Source: Hyaloraphidium curvatum SAG 235-1 (Eukaryota; Fungi; Monoblepharomycota). Taken from it: a DNA stretch of 64,000 bases. A program made the translations under genes and the position numbers. Position 1 is the stretch's first letter; every line of letters begins with the position of its first letter. Of this stretch, positions 1-9,608 are shown one piece after another. The notes beneath the pieces are model-generated. The model was not told the DNA's origin. It did not search any database and worked only from the letters and a program-made list of their open reading frames with translations. The stretch covers positions 310,001-374,000 of the forward strand of contig JAIVFI010000039.1 of NCBI GenBank assembly GCA_025558095.1. The letters run 5' to 3'.

Positions 1-1144
1 CCGGATTCCCGTTCAGCACCGTCTGCGGCAGGAACGCGGCCCGCGCGCGCACGTCCTCCTTGGTCTTGTACAGGTACGCCAGCGCGTCCTGCTCGCTCCG
101 CTTGTCCTTGTCGATCTTGGGGAGCTCGTCCCGCATGGACCACAGCAGCGCCAGGAAGCGCTGCACCCACGGCGAGCGGCGCAGCAGCAGCGAGCCCGCG
201 TTGAGGCCGTTGCAGTCCCGGCTGAGGATCATCTCCAGGTCAGGGGCGTCCTTCTTGCCCTTGTGGTTCTCCCGGTGCACCTCCTTGGCGGCCACGACGA
301 TCGACGCCAGGGACACCGAGTAGTTGGTGATGAGGGTGTCGATGTCGAACCACCAGGCCCAGTGTTCGCGGCCGCCCTTGGGGACCGGCACGGGCTTCTT
401 TGTCGACCAGTCCGCGGAGCCGGGCGGCACCGGGAGGTCGAGGCGCTCCCTGGGGATGCTCGAGCACCCGAACAGCGCGAGTTCCATGGCGGGGATCTTG
501 CTCCACACCGGGTCGTTCTCGGCCAGCGTCTCGAGGTGCAGCTCCCACGAGTAGCCGTGGCGGCGCACGTAGCGCTGCTTGTTGAGCAGCGTCTTCTGCA
601 GCCACGGCTTCTGCTCCGTGGCCATGTTGACGAAGGTGAATGTGAGCAGCTTCTCTGCCTCGCCGGCGCGGGGCAGCGGCCGCGAGGCGCGTGCAGCCGA
701 GGGGCCGACGGCGCCCAAGTCCTCGACGGGCGTCGCGTCTGCTTCGTCGGCCCTGCGCGCCAGCTCGTCGTCGCCGCCCTGCTGCTCGCCGTCGCCCTCG
801 TTGTCCTCCCTCTCCCTCTCCGCGGGCTGCCCGCCGTCGTCCGACGCGTCGCCGCCCTCCTCGTCCGCGTGCGCGGCGCGCTCCCTCCGCGCGGCCGCCC
901 GCCGCACCGCGTCCGCGTCCGCGCGGCCGCCGTCGTCCGCGCCGCCCGCAACCGCCACCGCCGCGGGCGCCGATCCGCGCCGCAGCACCACGAACAGCAG
1001 CAGCAGCCCGACCACCGTGAGCACCACGGTCGACGGCGCAACAGGCCACGCGTCGCCGCCAGGGCTCCACCGCCGCCGCCGCTTGTGGTACTTGCCCTCC
1101 TCCTCGTCGAGCGACGACGTCCGCGGGAAGTGGGGATGGTACAT
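1..1144 (-). CDS. Glycosyltransferase family 34 (GMA12/MNN10-like), type II membrane protein; runs off the left edge
   Basis: Open frame from ATG 1144 (MYHPHFPRTSS...) with an N-terminal TM segment (VVLTVVGLLLLFVVL) and an acidic stem. Motifs NKQRYVRRHGY, WSKIPAM, WAWWFDIDTLITN, SRDCNGLNAGSLLLR and EQDALAYL. Missing from the ORF track because there is no stop inside the window. Confidence 0.9.
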   Translation of the reverse strand, partial: MYHPHFPRTSSLDEEEGKYHKRRRRWSPGGDAWPVAPSTVVLTVVGLLLLFVVLRRGSAPAAVAVAGGADDGGRADADAVRRAAARRERAAHADEEGGDASDDGGQPAEREREDNEGDGEQQGGDDELARRADEADATPVEDLGAVGPSAARASRPLPRAGEAEKLLTFTFVNMATEQKPWLQKTLLNKQRYVRRHGYSWELHLETLAENDPVWSKIPAMELALFGCSSIPRERLDLPVPPGSADWSTKKPVPVPKGGREHWAWWFDIDTLITNYSVSLASIVVAAKEVHRENHKGKKDAPDLEMILSRDCNGLNAGSLLLRRSPWVQRFLALLWSMRDELPKIDKDKRSEQDALAYLYKTKEDVRARAAFLPQTVLNGNP

Positions 1145-1327
1145 TGTGCACGTGGAACGAAGGGGGAGGATTGGGAGAGAGTCACGGCGCCGGCCTCGCT
1201 CCTCGCTCGCACGCGATCGAGCAGTGTGGCCACACATCCATCTGTCCTCTTGAGTCCGAGTTTCTCTCCAGTTCATCTATCTTATTCGTCCATCTTTCTC
1301 AGGCAACGTTGCCCGCCCGGCATCCAA

Positions 1328-2485
1328 TCAGCCCTTTCTCCCGACGTTCGCCAGGTCCTTCATTTCCGGCACCGGGTAGGGCACCGTCTCGCCCTTCACA
1401 AACGCCGTCACGTTGGCGATCACCGCCTCGGTCATGAGCTGGAACGCCCTCGCCGTGATCGGCGCGTAGTGCGGCGTCAGGACCACGTAAGGCCCGCCGC
1501 CGGTCCCGTCCCTCCCCATCTCGAACAGCTCCGGCGGGACCTCCGGCTCGGCCTCGAACACGTCCAGTCCGGCGCCGGCGAGCTTGCCCTCCTTGAGGTA
1601 CCGCACGAGGGCCTCCTGGTCGATCGCCGAGCCACGCGAGATGTTGACGACGTAGCCGTCGGGCCCGAGGGCGTCGAGCATCGCCGCGTCGACGATGTGC
1701 CGGTTGCTCGCGTCGGCGCGGAGGCACACGGCCAGCACGTTGGACCACTTCGCGAGCTCCATCGGGCTCTCGAAGAACTCTGCGGGGCCTGATCAGCGAC
1801 AATTTTCTCGCGCCGCTTCAGCAGAGACCCACTGTAGTCCGGATCCGCGCCCTCCTTCGAGTTCCGATTGCAGTACGCCACGTTCATCTCGAACGCCTTT
1901 GCCCTCTTGGCAACCCGCTCGCCAATATCTCCCATTCCAAGGATACCGATGTTCAGCCCCCCCATCCCCGGCGACGGCTTGTGCCTAATCGCGAACATCG
2001 GCTTCCCCTCCTTCGTCTCTGGCGCCCACTGCCCCGTGCGCACGTAGGCGTCTGCCGCCAGCACCCTCCTGACGGTCGCCAGGACCAGGGCGAAGCACAT
2101 GTCGGCGACGCAGGAGGAGTTGGAGCCGGGGCAGTTTGCGACGGCGATGCCGCGGGCGCGGCACGCGGCGAGGTCGATGGTCTTTCGTGCAGGGCCGCGG
2201 GAGGCAATCGGCGGACCGTGAGACGTGCCACCGGAAGGCACGCACGGCGCCCACCTCGTACCCGACCCCGATCGCCGCCACCAGCGCCAGCTTCGGCGCC
2301 AACGCCAGCTGGTCGTCCGTCACCTTGAACCCGCCGTGGACGACAAACACCTCGGCGCGCTCCAGCACGTCCCCCGGCGCGTCCGCGAGCGTGGCAAAGG
2401 GGCCGGCGAGTTCCAGGCCGAGGGCGGTGAGCGGGCCGACGAGGGGGGGGAAGTGGAAGGAGACGAGGCACACGGGGGGCGGCAT
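1328..2485 (-). CDS. D-isomer-specific 2-hydroxyacid dehydrogenase (2 introns)
   Basis: AIGVGYE / IDLAACRARGIAVANCPG, GILGMGDIG Rossmann motif, VVNISRG, AGLDVFEAEP and LTPHYA, spread over three frames joined by short GT-AG introns. Confidence 0.92.
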
Positions 2486-2705
2486 CGCGTTCCGGTGGGC
2501 GGTGTGCGCGTCGGGGAGGGAGGGATTCGACGCGATCGCGACCTTCGCGCGTCGGCGAGACCGAAAGAGAGGGATTCGGCGCGATACGAGCCGGGAGGCG
2601 GGGACAATCGAACCTTCCAATCGAACCGTGCAGCAGCCGACCGCGCCGTGTGGCAAGTGAGCCAGTTGTCGAAGCGAATCACGCTGCTTCGTCCCCCCGG
2701 CAAAA

Positions 2706-3900
2706 TGGCGTCCAACCGCGACTCCCTCCTCACCCGCGCCGCCGAGTTGTCCGCCGCCGCCGACCGGCTGGAGCGTCAGGCCGCCGCGCTCCGACTCCAG
2801 GCCGCCGCGCTCGTTTCCCGCGCGGCCCCCGCGGACGGCATATCCCCGGCGATTCCCCCCGAAATCTGGGCGAAAATCGCGTCGTTGCTCGCGAAAACCT
2901 GCCCGGCGTCGCTGGCGAGGCTGGTGCGGTGTTCGAGGGGGGTGAATGAAGCGTGCGTGCCCGAACTGTACCGGGACCTCGGCATATGCACCCAGAGGGG
3001 CACGGGGATCAAGCTTTCCTGGGCGGCCGCCGCGAAGCTGCCGTTCGGCAATCCTCTCCGGTTCCTGCACGTGCGGAGGCTGTCCCTGTGGCCCAGGGAC
3101 ACGAGCACCACGGACCTCGCCGAGCATCTGGACGAGGTGCTCCTCTGGGTGCCGCTGCTGGGCCTATGCCCCAACGTCCAGCACGTGGAGGTGGCCGTGC
3201 ACAAGAACCGCTTCGGTCAGGTCTGGTGTCGTTCGGTTTTCGGCGCCCTCGCCGAGCTGCCTCGGCTGCAGGAGGTGTCGATCCTCGCGGTCTGCACGAA
3301 GCATTTCCAAGGTGTTGGCTGGATTTCTGTCGAGAACGAGCTCGGCTTCGGACCGAGATACGTGTTCACCTTGCCGCAGGTTCAAAAACTGCATGTTCGG
3401 CAGCTCGGGCGCTGGAATGCTCCGGACTTGACGCTCCGCAACCCTGATGAAAGCGATTGCACCCTCTGGCGCCGCGTTGCCGTCTGCGGCAACCTCGAGG
3501 AATGGAGCCTCGTCGCCCGCAGGAGCCTTGCCCCGGCTCTTCTCGAGCTGTACCCCAAGGCCGTGGCGAAGCTCAAGACACTGCGCTGGCTCGCACTCCG
3601 CAACGGCCCTTCCCCCGACATCCTCTTTTCGATGGACGAGTTCAGGCCGCGCGAGGTGCATCTGTCCTTCGCCGGCTTCTGGAAGCCCTCGTACTGCTCC
3701 AAACCCGTCGAGCTGCTCGAGCTCGACAACGCGGACCCCGCGGCCGTCGTCGCGGCGCTGCCTCCCACGCTCAGGGTGCTCCGCCTGCGGAGGGCAAGGC
3801 GGATCGTGCGCGGCGCGGCCGGGGTGAAGAAGGCGCTGGAGTCGCGGGCGGGGCTGCGCGTGGAGGTCCTGGAGGGCAAGCACGACGGGGGACGACAATC
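2706..3900 (+). CDS. F-box-like / LRR-like hypothetical protein; 3' end uncertain
   Basis: MASNRDS... followed by an F-box-like segment IPPEIWAKIASLL...LARLVRCSR...PELYRDL and leucine-rich repeats-like segments. Protein-like composition stops near 3890, but the frame stays open to 4669. Confidence 0.55.
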
Positions 3901-3987
3901 AAGCGGGACAAACCAAACATCTCGAATTCGCCGGTCGCGTGCCACACAGGGCAGCACCGCCGTCGCCTCTCCTTCATCGAGCGCGAC

Positions 3988-5315
3988 ATGTCCACAAGGC
4001 AGAGTGCTCCGATGGCGCCCTCGGCGGACGATGTCGCGCGCATCGCCGACGCTGTCGCCGCCGCCCTCGCCACGGCCATGGCCGCGGTCGGCGTCACCGT
4101 CACCGTGTTGGCGGCGGCCTGCCGGCACATCGTCGAAGCCAAGGCCGCGCGAAACTTGCCCGCTGCCCTTACGTGGCTCTCGGACGCACGTCGGATCAAT
4201 GCCAGGCTCGGGGGGGAAAACAACGAGGCACTGGCAGCGGCTCTCACCTGCTTCGCGCACGACTTCCTGCTCGACCCTTCCTGGTTCGCGAAGCACAAGG
4301 TGGTCAAGAGCGTCACAAAGCGGGCATGGGGTTCGATGCAGCGCTCCTGGGACCTCGGGTCGAAGTACGATGCCCTGCTCCGGGTCAAGGTCTTCACCTC
4401 GACGATGCTGTCTATCCGGAAGGTCGCGGCAGCATTTTGCCAAGACTCCGTCACGGCATTCGCTCTCACGAACCCGACGACGGCCCCGAAACCTTTTGGA
4501 AGCTGTTTGCGCGGCAGACTTGGGAATCCACAGCCGGAGTCCTCGTTCCCTCATCCGAAATCCAGATCCGCGATGCTGCCTCCCCCATCCTGCAAACGCT
4601 ATGGCCCTGCCTGGCGTCCCTGGACAAACTATGCGACTCCTACGCAGTTCGCCGGCGCATCCGTGGTGACCCCTCAACGCTGTTCGACTTCCACCGCATG
4701 TTCGCAATTCTCGCTCTTTGGATGCCCCGCACGACCTCGCAAAACGGAACGATGACTGCCGAGAGCCTGCGGAAAATGATCTTTCGCCTGGGTTGCGGCA
4801 TCGCCAAGATGCTGGACCGGTCCTACTGCGCTACTGCAAGCCGGCGCTACGCACCTCCGTTTACGAACATGTTCAAGTGGTGCCGGCAGCTCCTTGCGTC
4901 CATCATGGCCGCGCAGCCTTCGTCCATCAGTGATCCTGTCTTTGCCGACTGGCAGGAGACGGTCAACTCGGTCGTGCGCATTTTCCTGTGCTACAACAGC
5001 AAGATCGATCCCGCATGGCTGGCTTCCGATCTCCCGATCTCGTTGGATCTGAAGCCCCTTGCACCCACGCACATGTCTGCCGAGCAGTTCTGCGACGAGT
5101 GCTGTGGCACTGCGGGCAAGGGGAGGAAGCTTCGGCGGTGCTCGAGGTGCTCGTTCGCGTGCTACTGCTCCAAGGACTGCCAGCGCCAGGCTTGGCCTGA
5201 GCACCGGTCGGACTGCGACGAGTTTGCGGCCTTGAAGATCACGGTGGAGGGCGCTTGCGAGGGATTGACGGGCTCGAAGAAGGTCAAGGGCGGGTCGGCC
5301 CAGGGAGCGCAGTGA
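3988..5315 (+). CDS. MYND-type zinc finger protein with an apparent frameshift near 4466
   Basis: C-terminal CDECC...LRRCSRCSFACYCSKDCQRQAWPEHRSDC is a MYND finger. The N-terminal half is in another frame and no plausible intron lies at the switch. Confidence 0.7.
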
Positions 5316-5421
5316 CGGGATATTACAGGGGACGGATGTCGACACTCGCAACAGCCAGTTCATTTGTCAGACAGCGCAAATGAAACGATGATCAAGCATC
5401 GAAACCGTCCCTGGGGGTGAC

Positions 5422-5441
5422 GGATTGGATTGGATTGGATT
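5422..5441 (+). repeat. (GGATT)4 microsatellite
   Basis: ggattggattggattggatt between convergent gene 3' ends. Confidence 0.8.
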
Positions 5442-5569
5442 GGGGTACCGGGGACCGACGTCACCGCCGCTCACTCTTGAACCTAGCCACAATAACCATG
5501 CAACGTTCTCATCAAGACAAGACGTTTGATACGATCGAAGCCCCATCCAGCATCCGCCTGCCGTTGCCA

Positions 5570-7403
5570 TCACCTCGCCTTCCCGTCCTCCTCCTGCAGC
5601 ACCCGCATCGCCCTCTCCCTCCCCAGCCTCCCCGCCGCGGCCCTCAGCTTGCCCTCCTCCGCAGCCGCGCACTCGGCCTGCAGCGCCCTGAACTCTTCCG
5701 CGAACAGCTCGCACACCCGCCTCGCGTCCCCGGGGGCGAACCATTCCGTGGTCGAGCCGGCGATGCTCGGGTCCTCGTCCATGTAGAGCGTGAGGGCGAC
5801 GTCGTCTCCGTAAGAGAGGATCGTCATATTCATTCCTTGAGGGCCGGGAGGAGGGCCCAGCGGGAACATCCGCTCGACGACGGCCGGTCCGAACCCTGCG
5901 AAGCGATCCCAGGTCAGCTCCCATCCCCGCCGACCGCCGCCGCGCAACACCCACTCATCTTCCCCGTCGGCCCGGGCACGTTGCTGATGCCCCCGTGTAT
6001 CTTGCCCATCCCCATCAGCGCCAGCCTCTTGGACACGAGCCAGGGGAACGCCATGCCCTTCTGCGACTCGTACGTCATCCTCGGCTCGATGGACTTCTTC
6101 AGGCGGTCCATGCGCCGCGAGACCTCCAGGGCGCGGGCGGTGGGCGAGGGAATGTCGGAGGGGACGCCGAGCATGTAGCCCGAGGAGCGGTTGGAGATGG
6201 AGAAGTCGCTGCATCGGGGCCAACGTGAGCGGACGGTTCCGGGCCGAGCCAGGACGGCGGCACCCACAGCTCGGAGCGGTAGCTCGTCGGCACCCCGAAG
6301 ACCAGGTACCCGTCCTTGAGCTGCCCCTTCTCCGCCAGCGCCCTCTGCACCGCGCCCACCAGCAGCCCGACCATGACGTCGTTGACCGTGCACCCGACGG
6401 TCTCCTTTGCCGCGCGCAGGGCGCGCAGCGACACCGGCTCCGACCACGCGAGCTGCTTCCGCGGCAGCCCCTCCCTCTGCGCCTTGGGCTTGGAGGACCA
6501 CGGGGATCGCCGCGAGGCGGGCGTGGCGACGAGGAGGAAGTACATGTTCTGCAGGTAGAGCAGGATGCTCCAGAGCAGCACCAACGCCTGCTTGGCGGCG
6601 TCGACCAGCCGGTCGAAAAAGGTCTTTGCGGTCTCGACGAAGCTGGACCTCCGGCGCGCGGCGACGCCCTTGCCGGCCTTGAACTGCATCCTCGACACCT
6701 CCGAGGCGCGCTTGCCCGGCACCGCGCGGCCGAGGGCCTGGTCGTACGAGGCGGTCCACTTCAGCCCGGCCTTGGTGGAGCCCTGCCCGTCGGTGATGGC
6801 GTGGTGGAACCGCATGGCGAGCACCGAGGTGCCGTTCCAGTCGATGAGCATCCACGACCACAGCGGCCGGTTCCAGTCGTACGGCGACGCGACGAAGTCG
6901 GCCACGGCGCGCTGGATCTCGGGCTCGGTGGTGCCGGCGGGGAAGGAGCGCGAGGAGAAGTGGTTCGACGCGTCGAAGGATTCGTCGTCGGCCCAGTACG
7001 GGCGGCCGAGCAGCCACACGTTCCTGACGAGGCGCTTGAGGTAGCGGTCGCCGGTGAAGCGGGCAAAATCGTCGGCGAGGCGGAGGCCCTCGTCGGGGGT
7101 GATGCGGTTCTGCAGGATGTAGGTGCCGGCGCAGGTGGACATGGCGTTGGGGATCTCGGCCACGAGGAAGGCGGCATCGTTGCCCGTGAGGTAGTCGCGC
7201 TTCGGGGGGAGGCCGTAGGGCAGCCTGGGTGGGAGGGCGAGACGGGCATCGAGGGCGGGGCCGATGACGATGGCGCGTCGTCACCGCACAGAGCGCAGAT
7301 AGGGGAGGGTTGTTGCGGGCAACTGTCAGGGGCGTCCGGTGCGGGAGACACGCACGGCCACCCACCACTCGGCGACGTCGGCAAAGAACGCGGACCACGT
7401 CAT
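5570..7403 (-). CDS. Wax ester synthase / diacylglycerol acyltransferase (WS/DGAT), intron-containing
   Basis: LTGNDAAFLVAE, DWNRPLW, catalytic FHHAITDGQG (HHxxxDG), CTVNDVMVG and ISNVPGP. The start MTWSAFFADV at 7403 needs two short introns. Confidence 0.9.
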
Positions 7404-7634
7404 CGCGAAGTTCGTTCCCGGTTCGGCGCGGGGGCTGTCGGGGTTTCCGGGCCCTTTATGCCCGTCGGGAGGGAGCCGATAGGTCGGCAGGCGCAACCGA
7501 CAGTGGCTGTGCGCCGATCGGCCGACGGACCGCGCTTGCGGCTTCGCGTCCGATCGGACGGCGTCCCGACCGATCCTCGCCCGCTGATGATCCAGGCACG
7601 AGGCAGGGTATATTCCTCGCCGCCCGCGGGCGGG

Positions 7635-8846
7635 CTAGCTCCACAGCGCGTCGTACATCCCGTCCCCCTCGAGCGGCAGCCTGGCCCCCCCGTGCCGCCC
7701 AAACACCACCTGCGCCACGACGTCCCTCGTCAGCCCCGCCAGCCTGCCGTGCCGCATGGTCAGCGATCCGCGTCGGGAGGGGAACGGCGGGCGACCCACC
7801 ACTCGACCAGGTCGGGCGAGAGCACCGGCCCCTCGGCCTCCTCGGGGTCCGTTGAGCCCGAGGGGGGGGCGGCGGAGCACTGCTGCTTGACGGCGTCGAA
7901 GCGCTCGCGGATGCGGGACTGCAGGTCCGAGAAGAGGGGGGAGGAGGGGAGCAGCGCAGCGAGCTGGGAGAGGGATTGCTATCGCAGCGGAGCGAGGTAA
8001 GAATTGCAGGATGGGGACGGGCCGGAAAGACCCACGTAGAGGAGAGCGACCTGGTGCGCGAGGTACTTGTGGTTCCGCAGGCCCAGCACGTCCCTGTTTA
8101 GCTGCACCGCCATGGCCGCGCACTGGTTGAGCAGGTTCATCCTTGCCAGGTGTGCCCCCACGTCCCCCGGCATCCCGCGCGGGCTCACGGGCGACGGGCC
8201 CCCCGGCGCGGTCTGGCAGCCCAGCCGCTCGGCGGCGCGGGGGAACAGCCCCGCCAGCGCGTGCGCGTCGACGTGCGCGGCGAGGGAGCCCCCCAGGGCC
8301 TCCTCGGCGGCGTCGAGCGCGGCGTCGATCAGCTCGGCGATGCGCACGGCGTCGTCTGCCGCGGCGGGGCCCGAGAGGGACGCCTCGCGCTTGAGGAGGA
8401 GCTCGATGGCCGCGAGCTGCGCGAGGGCGGCGGCGCGGCGGGCGTCTGCGGCGGAGATGGAGGGGCGCAGCGGGGCGCCGAGGAACGTGCGGACTGCAGA
8501 CACGGCGGGGTGTTCAAGCGACGGGGCGGTCACGGGGGGAGGGAGTGGCAGCGCAGCGCGACGACCCACGTCTGGAGCCGCCCAGCGCGTCGGCCAGCGC
8601 GGCGTCCGGAGTCAGCCGCGCGAGCGGCGGCTGCCGCGCCCACGGCGGCGCGCGCAGAGGGCCCGCCGGCGCCGCTTCCCCCGCGTGGCCGCCGCCGGCG
8701 CCGTTCACCTCCGCGCCGGCCGGCCCGACGTCCCACCCGCCGCCGTCGCCCTCCACCGGCAGCGACTCGAGAGCCACGTCGCTAACGACCAGCGAATCGA
8801 ACGCGGACGGCGCCGAGTCCGCCGCGGACCCGAACAGGTCGTCCAT
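7635..8846 (-). CDS. Hypothetical protein (3 introns), function unknown
   Basis: Exons join through GT-AG introns: MDDLFGSAADS..., ...NHKYLAHQVALLY | QSLSQL...RIRERFDAVKQ...LVEW | LAGLTRDVV...DALWS*. Confidence 0.6.
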
Positions 8847-9067
8847 CCCGGACGCGTTCCAACTCGGAGCAATCAAGGGATTGCCGCTGGCTCCGCGTTG
8901 TAATGGTGCCGACCGGCAGAAGTAGCCGGCTGGAGGTGACGGCGTCCCATGGGCATCACATTGCCAACGCGTTCCAACCCCCCTCCGCGTGCTCGCCGCC
9001 CGCCGTCCGCCGTCCGGGGGATCGGTACGGCTTCCTTCGTGCCTGCGCCGAAGAACCAGGGCGGCAG

Positions 9068-9190
9068 GTGCCGGCGGCCGCGCAACTGGGCGACGCGCCC
9101 ATCCGACAACGGGAAAGCGATATCGATCATCTGCGGCAGGGAGAGCTGCGGTCGCCGCGCGCGACGGGGCGCAGGAGGGGGCGCAGCCCC
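9068..9190 (+). pseudogene. Decayed fragment of the SDR gene family found at 17145 and 48758
   Basis: Encodes PSDNGKAISIICGRE and then, after a frameshift, AAVAARDGAQEGAQ. The intact paralogs read PPGNGRAISIICGREGAAVAVHNRTQEGAE. Confidence 0.8.
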
Positions 9191-9608
9191 CTCGAGGACA
9201 CGCGTCTACCATGGACAAAGCGGCCAGCTGGGGACCGTTCCTATCGATCGCTTTTGTTTTTGACCACCAACTTTGCTCCGGATATCGGCGAGTACATTTC
9301 ATTGATAGGTCGGCCATGGGCATGGGGTATAGGCTTCAAGCCCGCCCGAGGCGGTGCGGCCACCGCTTTGGGCGGTGCGAACCGATCGGGAGGCTCGTTA
9401 TGCTGCGGGGTATTTTCGTCTGACGCCCCTTTCCGGAAATCCGACGGAACGGAACCGTGGCAGTGGCGGTTATGCCTCCCAGCGGCTGTGGGCGTTCCAT
9501 GGATCGGATAGAAGCGGGGCTTGGGTGGGTCCACCGCAAAACTCCACCTCATAAGCGCCTGAGGGTCCGGCGTCAGCACAGGCAAATCGAGACCCCCGGA
9601 CAGCCAAC

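Noticed and set aside
229-8000. Many long alternative-frame and antisense ORFs (for example 263-1792 +, 6225-8000 +)
   Set aside because: They are R/P/A/G-rich shadows of real genes caused by high GC3 and have no family motifs.
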